NCBI RefSeq assembly: GCF_001426745.1 | Contig: NZ_LMFI01000015.1 | Location: 62,835-94,834 of the forward strand | Origin: Nocardioides sp. Root140 | GTDB lineage: Bacteria; Actinomycetota; Actinomycetes; Propionibacteriales; Nocardioidaceae | Reading direction: 5' to 3' | Length of the DNA: 32,000 nucleotides | Shown here: one piece after another, positions 23,410 to 32,000 of the stretch | How the letters are laid out: every line of letters begins with the position of its first letter | How positions within the stretch are numbered: position 1 is the first letter of the stretch | Notes under the pieces: model-generated | Told to the model about the DNA's origin: nothing | Database searches by the model: none | Seen by the model: only the letters and a program-made list of their open reading frames with translations | Made by a program: the position numbers and the translations under genes

Positions 23410-23790
23410 ATGGCAAAGGGCGTGGTCGGCAAGACCGTCGAGTCACTCGGTGACTACCTCAAGGAGCAGCGCACCACTGCGAAGCTCTCGTTGAGGCAGC
23501 TCGCCGAGCAGGCCGGCGTGTCGAACCCGTACCTCAGTCAGATCGAACGTGGTCTGCGCAAGCCCTCCGCCGACGTTCTCCAGCAGATCGCCAAGGCGCT
23601 CCGCATCTCCGCGGAGCAGCTCTACATCCGTGCCGGCATCCTCAGCCCCGAGGACACCGCGGGCGGTTCCGTCGAGCTGGCCGTCCTGGCCGATCCTGCG
23701 CTCACCGAGCGTCAGAAGCAGTCCCTGCTCGACGTCTACTCCTCGTTCCTGGCGCTCAACGCCACGGACGACGAGCCGACCGACAGCTGA
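23410..23790 (+). CDS. XRE-family helix-turn-helix transcriptional regulator (Rv0474 / MLDSR-like context)
   Basis: 126 aa. HTH LSLRQLAEQAGVSNPYLSQIERGLRKPSADVLQQIAKAL. Lies directly upstream of an HbhA/TadA-like gene. Confidence 0.9.
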   Translation: MAKGVVGKTVESLGDYLKEQRTTAKLSLRQLAEQAGVSNPYLSQIERGLRKPSADVLQQIAKALRISAEQLYIRAGILSPEDTAGGSVELAVLADPALTERQKQSLLDVYSSFLALNATDDEPTDS

Positions 23791-23845
23791 CCATCCCACT
23801 CGGAGCGGTCCCCGGGATCGCGACGTACAAACCAAGGAGATCGAC

Positions 23846-24505
23846 ATGGCCAAGGCCAAGTTCGACATCAAGACCGAAGCGGCTCGCCCGTTCTACGCCA
23901 CCGTCGGCGCCACCGACCTCACCGTCGAGTACGCCCGCCAGTACGCCGCCGACGTGCAGGCCAAGGTCGCCGACGTGCAGAAGAAGGTTGCCGGCTTCGA
24001 GTTCGAGCCGAAGAACCTCAACAAGCAGGCCCAGACCGTCGTGTCGGCCCGCGTCGAGACGGTGACCAAGGAAGCCAAGGACGCCCAGGCCAAGCTGGAG
24101 GCGAAGCTCGCCGAGCTGCAGGCCGAGGCGAAGAAGGCCCAGGCCCGTTTCGTGGCCCAGGTCAACGAGCTCCAGGCCGAGGCCAAGGCGTTCCCCGCCA
24201 AGGCGCAGAACTTCGTCGCCGACGCGGTCAGCGAGGCGACCGACACCTACACCGAGCTCGCCAAGCGCGGCGAGAAGGCCGTTGCCAAGCTCCGCAAGGT
24301 CGAGCTGAAGCTGGACGTCGACGCCAAGCAGACGAAGACCACCGTCTCCGCCTCGGCGAAGTCGACCACCGGCACCGCCAAGCCGGCCGCGAAGAAGGCT
24401 CCGGCCAAGAAGGCCCCGGCCGCCAAGAAGGCGCCCGCCGCCAAGAAGGCTCCGGCCAAGAAGGCCCCGGCCGCCAAGAAGGCGCCGGCGGCCGAGCAGG
24501 CCTGA
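23846..24505 (+). CDS. HbhA/TadA(MLDS)-like protein: coiled-coil/apolipoprotein-like body with a C-terminal Lys/Ala/Pro repeat tail
   Basis: 219 aa from ATG 23846, after an AAGGAGA RBS. The N-terminus PFYATVGATDLTVEYAR parallels HbhA's LAALGAADLALATV. The tail reads AKKAPAKKAPAAKKAPAAKKAPAKKAPAAKKAPAA. Confidence 0.85.
   Translation: MAKAKFDIKTEAARPFYATVGATDLTVEYARQYAADVQAKVADVQKKVAGFEFEPKNLNKQAQTVVSARVETVTKEAKDAQAKLEAKLAELQAEAKKAQARFVAQVNELQAEAKAFPAKAQNFVADAVSEATDTYTELAKRGEKAVAKLRKVELKLDVDAKQTKTTVSASAKSTTGTAKPAAKKAPAKKAPAAKKAPAAKKAPAKKAPAAKKAPAAEQA
24389..24490 (+). repeat. Near-perfect 51-bp tandem duplication encoding (AKKAPAKKAPAAKKAPA)x2
   Basis: 24389-24439 versus 24440-24490 differ at 3 synonymous third-codon positions only (GCG/GCC, CCC/CCG, GCC/GCG). 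Confidence 0.9.
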
Positions 24506-24520
24506 AGGACTGAGGCTGAA

Positions 24521-24544
24521 TCGGAACAGCTGACGCTGTTCTGA
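24521..24544 (+). terminator. Stem-loop directly after the hbhA-like stop (TCGGAACAGC-TGAC-GCTGTTCTGA)
   Basis: About 10-bp stem including one G.U pair, with a 4-nt loop. Followed by CTTCATT, a weak U tract. Confidence 0.45.
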
Positions 24545-24568
24545 CTTCATTGCCCCGAACTCGGGGGC

Positions 24569-24607
24569 GTGCACAACCCCGGACGTATGCGGTCCGGGGT
24601 TGTGCAC
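24569..24607 (+). terminator. Strong hairpin: perfect 16-bp stem GTGCACAACCCCGGAC / GTCCGGGGTTGTGCAC with a 7-nt loop
   Basis: The arms are exact reverse complements. Followed by GTTCTGG. Lies between the hbhA-like and DUF2516 genes. Confidence 0.5.
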
Positions 24608-24716
24608 GTTCTGGGGGCGATCGGGCCCGAGTCCCCAGTGCCGGCAGGTCGCGCGCCGCGGCACGCGATCTCGCGCGGAATCCGCCTCCGGGAGTGTCCC
24701 CGGTAGGCTTTGGGGC

Positions 24717-25010
24717 GTGCTGAACATCTTTGCCGTCGAGGGCTACGTCATGCTTGCCGTGGTCTTCATCGCGATCGCCGTCAAGGTCTTCGCGTTCGTC
24801 AACGCGCTGCTCTGGCCCGCGGAGGCCTACCACGCGGCCAACAAGCTGACCAAGCCCGCGTGGGTCGGCATCCTCGGCGTTGCCCTGGCCGCACAGCTGC
24901 TGCTGATCGACTCCTCGCCGCTGAACCTGCTGCACCTCATCGGCTCGATCGCCGCGATCGTCTATCTCGTCGACGTACGCCCGGCGGTCCAGGAGCTCAC
25001 CCGCCGCTGA
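24717..25010 (+). CDS. DUF2516-family small membrane protein (Rv0476-like)
   Basis: About 97 aa from GTG 24717; an alternative ATG lies at 24750. Two or three hydrophobic helices (MLAVVFIAIAVKVFAFVNALLW, WVGILGVALAAQLLL, LIGSIAAIVYLV). Synteny after the hbhA-like gene. Confidence 0.75.
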   Translation: MLNIFAVEGYVMLAVVFIAIAVKVFAFVNALLWPAEAYHAANKLTKPAWVGILGVALAAQLLLIDSSPLNLLHLIGSIAAIVYLVDVRPAVQELTRR

Positions 25011-25016
25011 CTCTGC

Positions 25017-25037
25017 GGCCGGCGCCTGCCGCCGGCC
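25017..25037. terminator. GC-rich hairpin GGCCGGCG-CCTGC-CGCCGGCC between convergent genes
   Basis: Perfect 8-bp stem in the 34-bp gap between the DUF2516 stop and the rmlCD stop. No clear U tract. Confidence 0.4.
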
Positions 25038-25044
25038 CCTTCGT

Positions 25045-26423
25045 TCAGCCCGCCACGTGGCGGCGCAGGGTCGTCATCGCGTCCTCGGGGGTGAAGCCGG
25101 TGGCCTCGATCTTCCCGGTCGACAGCACACCGCGCGCCGGACGTGGTGCCAGCGCCTTGCCGGCGGCGTACTCCTGCGTCGTGACCCGGCCGATGTCGCC
25201 GCGGGAGCGCCCGCACTGCTCGAAGACCTCGGCGGCCACGTCGGCCCAGCTCGTCGCGGGGCCGCCGCCGGTCACGTTGTAGATGCCGTACGGCGCGCGC
25301 GTGGTGAGCAGGTGTCGTACGGCGCGGGCCAGCTCGGTGGTGAACGTCAACCGGCCGACCTGGTCGTCGACGACGCCTGGAGACGCCCCGTCGCGGGCCA
25401 GTCGCGCCATCGTCGCGACGAAATTGTGGCCGTCGCCGATCACCCACGACGTACGGACCAGGTAGTGCCGGGGGGCCGTCACCACGGCCAGGTCGCCGGC
25501 CGCCTTCGACTGCCCGTAGACGCCCAGGGGGCAGACCGCGTCGTCCTCGTCGTAGGACTCGGCCGTGCCGTCGAAGACGTAGTCGCTGGACCAGTGCACC
25601 AGGGTGAGCCGGTGCTCGCGGGCGATCGCCGCCAGCAGTGAAGGACCTGCAGCGTTGGCCGCCCACGCCTCCGCGCGCTCGGTCTCCGCGGCATCAACGG
25701 CGGTGTGGGCCGCGGCGTTGAGCACCACGTCGTGCTCGTGCCACGGCCAGGCTCGCAGTGCCTCGGCGTCGGTGATGTCGAGCTCGTCCGCGTCGACGGC
25801 ACGGGCGTCCGGGAACTCGGCGACGAGGGCGCGGCCGAGCTGTCCGTGGGCGCCGATGACGAGTGGACGCCGCGGCGCCATCGGGGCGACCGCGTCGAGG
25901 CGCGGGTTGTGCCGGTCCTTCTCCGAGATCTCCGCCTCCGCGAGCGGAATCGGCCACGGGATCGCCACCGTCGGATCGGCCAGGTCGAGTGCCGGGTACG
26001 CCGCGCCCGGCCGCCAGTGCTCGTTGACGAGATAGCTGTAGGTGGTCGCGTCCTCGAGCGTCTGGTAGCTGTTGCCCACGCCGCGCGGCACGAACACCGC
26101 CACCGACGGGTCGATCTCGATCGAGTACGACGTCCCGAAGCTCGAGCCCTCACGCATGTCGACCCAGGCACCGAACACGCGGCCGTTCGTCACCGAGACG
26201 AACTTGTCCCAGGGTTCGGTGTGCACGCCGCGGGTGGTGCCGCGGCGCGTGTTGAACGAGACGTTGTTCTGCACCGGTCCGAAGTCGGGCAGCCCGAGCG
26301 CGGTCATCTTCTCGCGCTGCCAGTTCTCCTTGAACCAGCCGCGGCTGTCGGCCATCACCGGCAGGCGGACGACCAGCAGGCCGGGGACCGGGGTGGCCTC
26401 GACCTCCAGGGAGGGACCGCCCA

Positions 26424-26424
<1 letters not shown>
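25045..26424 (-). CDS. Bifunctional dTDP-4-dehydrorhamnose 3,5-epimerase / dTDP-4-dehydrorhamnose reductase (RmlC-RmlD fusion)
   Basis: 459 aa from ATG (complement 26424). The N-terminal cupin carries DSRGWFKENW and RGVHTEPWDK (RmlC). The C-terminal Rossmann domain carries VIGAHGQLGRAL and YGQSKAAGD (RmlD). The start shares 1 nt with the rmlB stop (TGATG). Confidence 0.9.
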
Positions 26425-27419
<995 letters not shown>

Positions 27420-27439
27420 CTATTCACGCGTTCGCACCT

Positions 27440-28312
27440 ATGCTGACCGCCATGCGTGGAATCATCCTGGCCGGTGGCACCGGCACCCGGCTCCACCCGA
27501 TCACGCAAGGCATCAGCAAGCAGCTGGTGCCGGTCTACGACAAGCCGATGATCTACTACCCGCTCTCCACGCTGATGCTGGCCGGCATCCACGAGGTGCT
27601 GGTGATCACCACCCCTCACGAGGCCGAGGCGTTCCGGCGACTCCTCGGTGACGGGTCGCAGCTGGGCGTCTCGCTGACCTACGCCGTGCAGCCCTCGCCC
27701 GACGGACTGGCCCAGGCCTTCCTGATCGGCGCCGACCACGTCGCCGACGAGTCGGTCGCGCTGGTGCTGGGCGACAACGTCTTCTACGGCCACGGCCTGG
27801 GCAACCAGCTGACCCGCTTCGCCGACCTCGACGGTGCGGCCATCTTCGGCTACCAGGTGGCCGACCCGACGGCGTACGGCGTGGTGGAGTTCGACGCCGA
27901 AGGACGCGCACTGTCGCTGGAGGAGAAGCCGGCCACACCGCGTTCGTCGTACGCCGTTCCGGGGCTCTACTTCTACGACAACTCCGTGCTGGCGCGGGCC
28001 GCCACGCTCGAGCCGTCGGCGCGCGGCGAGCTGGAGATCACCGACCTGAACCGGCTCTACCTCGACGAGGGCAAGCTGCAGGTGACCGTGCTGCCGCGCG
28101 GCACGGCGTGGCTCGACACCGGCACGTTCGACTCCCTCAACGACGCCAGCAACTTCGTGCGCACCATCGAGAGCCGCCAGGGCATGAAGATCGGCGCGCC
28201 CGAGGAGGTCGCCTGGCGTCAGGGCTGGCTCAGCGACGACGACCTGCGGCGAGTGGCCGAGCCGCTGTCGAAGAGCGGGTACGGCGAGTACCTGCTCGGT
28301 CTGCTCGACTGA
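27440..28312 (+). CDS. rmlA: Glucose-1-phosphate thymidylyltransferase
   Basis: 290 aa. [27 protein letters not shown]. An in-frame ATG at 27452 (MRGIILAGG) may be the true start. Confidence 0.95.
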   Translation: MLTAMRGIILAGGTGTRLHPITQGISKQLVPVYDKPMIYYPLSTLMLAGIHEVLVITTPHEAEAFRRLLGDGSQLGVSLTYAVQPSPDGLAQAFLIGADHVADESVALVLGDNVFYGHGLGNQLTRFADLDGAAIFGYQVADPTAYGVVEFDAEGRALSLEEKPATPRSSYAVPGLYFYDNSVLARAATLEPSARGELEITDLNRLYLDEGKLQVTVLPRGTAWLDTGTFDSLNDASNFVRTIESRQGMKIGAPEEVAWRQGWLSDDDLRRVAEPLSKSGYGEYLLGLLD

Positions 28313-28314
28313 CG

Positions 28315-29457
28315 TCACGGCACCTCGTTGCCAGCAGGCAGCTCGCTGACCGGGTGATGGGCGTACCACGACTCGAACTGGTCCTTCGAGATCGCCTCGA
28401 ACATGGCGCGGGCCTGGCGCGGCTTGACCTTCACGACGCTCGCGTCGCCGACCATGCCGCTGCCCGAGTTGGGCAGGGTGAGGAAGCGGAACGACCCGCT
28501 GCGCAGGTGCCTGTTCGCCAGGGCGAGGTCGCGGATCTTCGCGCTGGTCAGGCTTTCGTCGACCATCACCAGGCTCGAGAGGTTCCGCGCCAGCCTGGTG
28601 AGGCGCACCGGGTTGAACATCACGCCACGCGTGGTCAGTTTCTCCAGCACCGTGCGGAGGAAGTTCTGCTGCCGCTGGATGCGGCCGAAGTCGCCGTTCG
28701 GCAGGCTGTAGCGGGTGCGCACGTAGTGCAGCGCCTCGTCACCCTCGAGGTGGTGGAATCCTCGTTCCCAGTCGACCGTGCCGGACCGGGGATCACTCAC
28801 CGTCCTGGGCACGAAGACGTTGACGCCACCGATGGCCCCGGTGACGTCCTTGAAGCCGTCGAAGTCGACGATCACGAGGTGGTCGATGCGGATGCCCATG
28901 GTCTGTTCGACCGTGCGCGCAGCCAGGTCGGGGCCGCCCCAGGAGAACGCCGCGTTGATCTTCGACCGGCCGTGGCCCGGGATGGCGACGTACGAGTCGC
29001 GCGGGATCGAGACCAGCTGGGCGGCCCGGTGGTCGGCCTCGATGTGCAGCACCATCATCGTGTCGCTGCGGGCGGTGCCCGGCTTCCAGGTGCCGGCCTC
29101 GAGCATCTCGTAGACGCTGTCGCCGACCTCGCGAGAGCCGTCGAGGTCGTCGACTCCCATCAGCAAGATGTCCGTGCCCTGGCCTTGCGGCGGGCGGTTG
29201 TCGCCGAGGTCGGTTTCGAACCGGCGTACGTCGCCGAGCTTCGAGTTCAGGTAGAGCAGCCAGCCGATCAGGATCGCCAGCAGCACGAGGGCGATCACGA
29301 CGAGCGTGGTGATCGCCTTGTGCCTGCGGAACCATGCGCAGCGGCGCTTGATCCAGCTGCGGCGCCGACGCCGCCGGACCAGGACTCGCTCGCCGGACGT
29401 CGGTGCAGTGTCGACGGTGCCGACCTCCGGTCCGTCCAGTTCCACGTCGTTGCTCAC
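28315..29457 (-). CDS. LCP-family (LytR-CpsA-Psr) cell-wall glycopolymer ligase
   Basis: Cytoplasmic Arg-rich stretch, then one TM helix (ITTLVVIALVLLAILIGWLLYL), then an LCP domain (RSDTMMVLHI, SIPRDSYV). I prefer the GTG start at 29457. The longest ORF extends to 29541. Confidence 0.88.
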   Translation of the reverse strand: MSNDVELDGPEVGTVDTAPTSGERVLVRRRRRRSWIKRRCAWFRRHKAITTLVVIALVLLAILIGWLLYLNSKLGDVRRFETDLGDNRPPQGQGTDILLMGVDDLDGSREVGDSVYEMLEAGTWKPGTARSDTMMVLHIEADHRAAQLVSIPRDSYVAIPGHGRSKINAAFSWGGPDLAARTVEQTMGIRIDHLVIVDFDGFKDVTGAIGGVNVFVPRTVSDPRSGTVDWERGFHHLEGDEALHYVRTRYSLPNGDFGRIQRQQNFLRTVLEKLTTRGVMFNPVRLTRLARNLSSLVMVDESLTSAKIRDLALANRHLRSGSFRFLTLPNSGSGMVGDASVVKVKPRQARAMFEAISKDQFESWYAHHPVSELPAGNEVP

Positions 29458-29670
29458 ACAAGTCCCCGTTGTCTCGCGAGTGGCCGCTGTCGACCAGTGC
29501 GGCCGGCAGGTGACCGCTGTCCTGCCCAACGACGCCAGCACGCCGAGGTGACGGTCATTCGGGGGTTCCCGGACCTACTCGCGGGTACGCCATTTCGTGG
29601 GTCGACGCAGCCGCGAGCCTGCTGCCCGGCACCCCGTCTCGCAACCCCGCGGCCACGTAGGCTGGCGGCC

Positions 29671-30438
29671 ATGTTCCGGTCCGGTCTTGCTGCGCTCGTG
29701 GTCGCCGCCGCGGCCTGTGCGGGAGCCCTGCTGCCGGTGCCGCCGGTGGAGGCGCCGACCCACCGGGCCGCCGTCCAGGCCCCCGCCGCTCCCGAGCCGC
29801 TGGCCGGCAAGGTGATCGTGATCGACCCCGGGCACCAGCTCGGCAACGCGCGTTTCCCCAGCGAGATCAACCGCCTCGTGCCGGCCGGCGGCTTCCGCAA
29901 ACCCTGCAACACCACGGGGGCCTCGACGAACAACGGCTACCCCGAGGCGACCTTCACCTGGCAGGTCGCCCGCCTCCTCCAGTCTCGACTGACCGGCCTG
30001 GGCGCGAAGGTCGTGCTGACCCGCACGTCGAACCGCCTCGATCGTTGGGGGCCGTGCGTCGACGTCCGCGGCCGCCGCGGCAACGCGCTCGGGGCCGACC
30101 TCAAGATCAGCCTCCACGGCGACGGGTCGTACGCCGGCGGCCCGGGCTTCCACGTGATCACGCCGCCCCGTGACCGCGCCGCGCGTCGGCTGGCGCTCGA
30201 CGTTCGCGCCGGACTGCACGCGCGCCGACTGCCGTACGCCGGCTACATCGCCGGCGGCGACGGCCTCGACGTGCGCGGCGACCTCGGCACGTTGAACCTC
30301 TCCGCGATGCCCGCGGTGATGGTCGAGCTGGGCAACATGCGTTCGGCCGCCGACGCCCGCCGGATGACCACGCCGCGCGGACGGTCGTCGTACGCCGCCG
30401 GGCTGACCCGGGGCATCCGCGTCTTCCTGGCCCGCTGA
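29671..30438 (+). CDS. N-acetylmuramoyl-L-alanine amidase (Amidase_3 family), secreted
   Basis: 255 aa from ATG 29671. Signal-like MFRSGLAALVVAAAACAGA. VIDPGH, SLHGDG and VELGNM motifs. Confidence 0.88.
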   Translation: MFRSGLAALVVAAAACAGALLPVPPVEAPTHRAAVQAPAAPEPLAGKVIVIDPGHQLGNARFPSEINRLVPAGGFRKPCNTTGASTNNGYPEATFTWQVARLLQSRLTGLGAKVVLTRTSNRLDRWGPCVDVRGRRGNALGADLKISLHGDGSYAGGPGFHVITPPRDRAARRLALDVRAGLHARRLPYAGYIAGGDGLDVRGDLGTLNLSAMPAVMVELGNMRSAADARRMTTPRGRSSYAAGLTRGIRVFLAR

Positions 30439-30496
30439 GGCGACCCACCGCGGGAACTGCCGGAGTTCGGCACGGCGCACCGATATCGTCGCGGAC

Positions 30497-31402
30497 ATGC
30501 CCCTGGACCCAGGAATCTCGGCCCTGCTCCAATTCATCGAATCGTCGGGGAACCCGCCGATGCACGAGTCGTCGCCCGACGATGCGCGCAAGGCCTTCGC
30601 GGCCCTGGCCCAGATCGCGGCCGCGCAGTCGGGCCGGATCGAGGTCGGATCGGTCGTCGACATCTCGGTCGCCGGACTCGCGGCCCGGGTCTACCGTCCG
30701 GCGGTCGACGGTCCGGTGCCCACGATCGTGTTCTTCCACGGCGGCGGCTGGGTGGTCGGTGACCTCGAGACCCACGACAACACCTGCCGTCGGCTGTGCC
30801 GCGACACGTCGTCCGTGGTCGTCTCGGTCGACTATCGCGTGGCACCCGAGCACGCCTTCCCGGCCGCGGTCGACGACGCGCTCGCGGCAGCCACCGCGAT
30901 CAGCGAGGACCTCGCGGCCTACGGCGGCTCCGACGTCTGGGCGGTCGCGGGCGACAGTGCCGGCGGCAACCTCTCCGCCGTCGTCGCCCAGCAGGTGCCG
31001 GGGGTCGCCGCGCAGCTGCTGATCTACCCGGCCGTCGACGTGTTCGGCGACTACGCGTCCCGCGAGTCCAACGGCACCGGCTACTTCCTCGAGCTGCCCT
31101 TGATGGAGTGGTTCCTGGGCCACTACCTGCAGTCCGCCGCCGCACCCGACGACGCCCGCCTCTCGCCCCTGCACGGCGTACGACCCGAGCTGGCGCCAGC
31201 CATCGTGGTCACCGCCGAGTTCGACCCGCTGCGCGACGAGGGCCGGGCGTACGCCGACGCACTGGCCGCGTCCGGCGTACCCGTGGACTCGGTGACCTAC
31301 GACGGCCTGATCCACGGCTTCGTCGACATGCCCGCGTTCTCGCCGGCCGCCGACGCCGCCGTGGCCGACATGAACCGTCGCTTCGCGGCGCTCCTGCACT
31401 GA
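30497..31402 (+). CDS. Alpha/beta hydrolase, hormone-sensitive-lipase-type esterase
   Basis: 301 aa. HGGGW oxyanion motif, GDSAGG nucleophile elbow, DPLRDEG, HGF. Confidence 0.9.
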   Translation: MPLDPGISALLQFIESSGNPPMHESSPDDARKAFAALAQIAAAQSGRIEVGSVVDISVAGLAARVYRPAVDGPVPTIVFFHGGGWVVGDLETHDNTCRRLCRDTSSVVVSVDYRVAPEHAFPAAVDDALAAATAISEDLAAYGGSDVWAVAGDSAGGNLSAVVAQQVPGVAAQLLIYPAVDVFGDYASRESNGTGYFLELPLMEWFLGHYLQSAAAPDDARLSPLHGVRPELAPAIVVTAEFDPLRDEGRAYADALAASGVPVDSVTYDGLIHGFVDMPAFSPAADAAVADMNRRFAALLH

Positions 31403-31422
31403 CCGGTCGTAGGGTGACGACC

Positions 31423-31569
31423 ATGAAGACGCAGCTGCACTGCCCCTGTGGGGCGCACATCAAGGGGACCGACGAGGACGACCTGGTCGAGAAGACACAG
31501 GCCCACCTCGCGGCCGAGCACCCCGGCATGACCTACGGGCGCGAGGAGATCCTCTTCATCGCCCGCTGA
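31423..31569 (+). CDS. DUF1059-family small protein
   Basis: 48 aa: MKTQLHCPCGAHIKGTDEDDLVEKTQAHLAAEHPGMTYGREEILFIAR. Typical DUF1059 layout. Confidence 0.7.
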   Translation: MKTQLHCPCGAHIKGTDEDDLVEKTQAHLAAEHPGMTYGREEILFIAR

Positions 31570-31836
31570 TCTGCGCGTCACACGGCGCAGCTGCCTCCGG
31601 CGACACGCGCACGGATCCGCACACCGCCGTACACCGCCGTACCACGCGACAACCCAGCGCGAGATGTTCAGTTCGACATACAGTTCGGACCGGTCGCCCG
31701 GCAGTCGAGCGTGCATCGACAGGCGGCGCCGCGAACTGCAGGTCCATCTGCACGCACGCTGACTCCACAGGCCTCCGAGCACAGAGCCTGTGGACAGCGA
31801 GATGCGCCGCCGCGCCATGCGAAGAAGACTGGGTCC

Positions 31837-32000
31837 ATGGACGCTCTGACCGCTCTGCACCGCTGTGGCGGCAGCGCGACGTGGGCAGAGCTCAAGGGCC
31901 TGACCAACCGTCGAGGCCTCGACAAGGCACTGCAGCTGGGCGTGATCGTCAAGCACAGGCACGGGAGCTATGCACTGCCGACGGACGATCATCGTCGCGC
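31837..32000 (+). CDS. Hypothetical protein, N-terminal fragment (AbiEi-antitoxin-like / DUF559-associated N-terminal wHTH); 3' end outside window
   Basis: Begins at ATG 31837 and is open to the window edge. MDALTALHRCGGSATWAELKGLTNRRGLDKALQLGVIVKHRHGSYALP resembles the common actinobacterial AbiEi-type N-terminal domain. Confidence 0.45.
   Translation, partial: MDALTALHRCGGSATWAELKGLTNRRGLDKALQLGVIVKHRHGSYALPTDDHRR

Noticed and set aside
28108-30438. A 776-aa plus-strand ORF
   Set aside because: Only the last 255 codons (from ATG 29671) encode the amidase. The upstream part is antisense to the LCP gene plus intergenic sequence.

Overview
Very GC-rich, GC3-biased sequence with actinobacterial gene content: an HbhA/TadA-like module, an LCP ligase and rml genes. 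It may be Nocardioidaceae-like, but taxon cannot be established from the sequence alone. About 37 protein-coding genes are supported. No rRNA, tRNA, CRISPR array, transposase or integrase was recognised.

Layout:
(1) 1-7136 (+): one translationally coupled operon. It runs from the tail of an ABC substrate-binding protein through 2 permeases, an ATPase, an M-S-L molybdenum hydroxylase (FAD, 2Fe-2S and Mo subunits) and an aspartate-dehydrogenase-family gene.
(2) 7137-7230: an AT-rich promoter/operator island.
(3) 7231-18504 (+): a 14-gene catabolic operon. It encodes aldehyde dehydrogenase, RidA, a cupin, a PDR/VanB reductase, an extradiol dioxygenase, a meta-cleavage-type hydrolase, 2 SDRs, a ThDP enzyme, a Ser-less alpha/beta-fold protein, a 72-aa protein, a Rieske oxygenase, a DUF3303-like protein and a second RidA.
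(4) 18494-20385 (-): a class A flavin monooxygenase and an IclR regulator, convergent on the operon in (3).
(5) 20460-20574: an array of five 21-bp repeats, 3 direct and 2 inverted.
(6) 20578-32000: mostly housekeeping or cell-envelope genes. These are an APS kinase with a degenerate sulfurylase-like domain, asparaginase II, an XRE regulator + HbhA/TadA(MLDS)-like lysine-repeat protein + DUF2516, an rmlB-rmlCD fusion divergent from rmlA, an LCP ligase, an amidase, an HSL-type esterase, DUF1059 and a truncated AbiEi-like N-terminus.

The most interesting candidate is the ~20 kb importer + Mo-hydroxylase + Rieske/extradiol/RidA supercluster. It does not match any textbook N-heteroaromatic or amino-aromatic pathway I know, and it carries several atypical components. 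All functional calls rest on motif recognition by eye. No database search was run.
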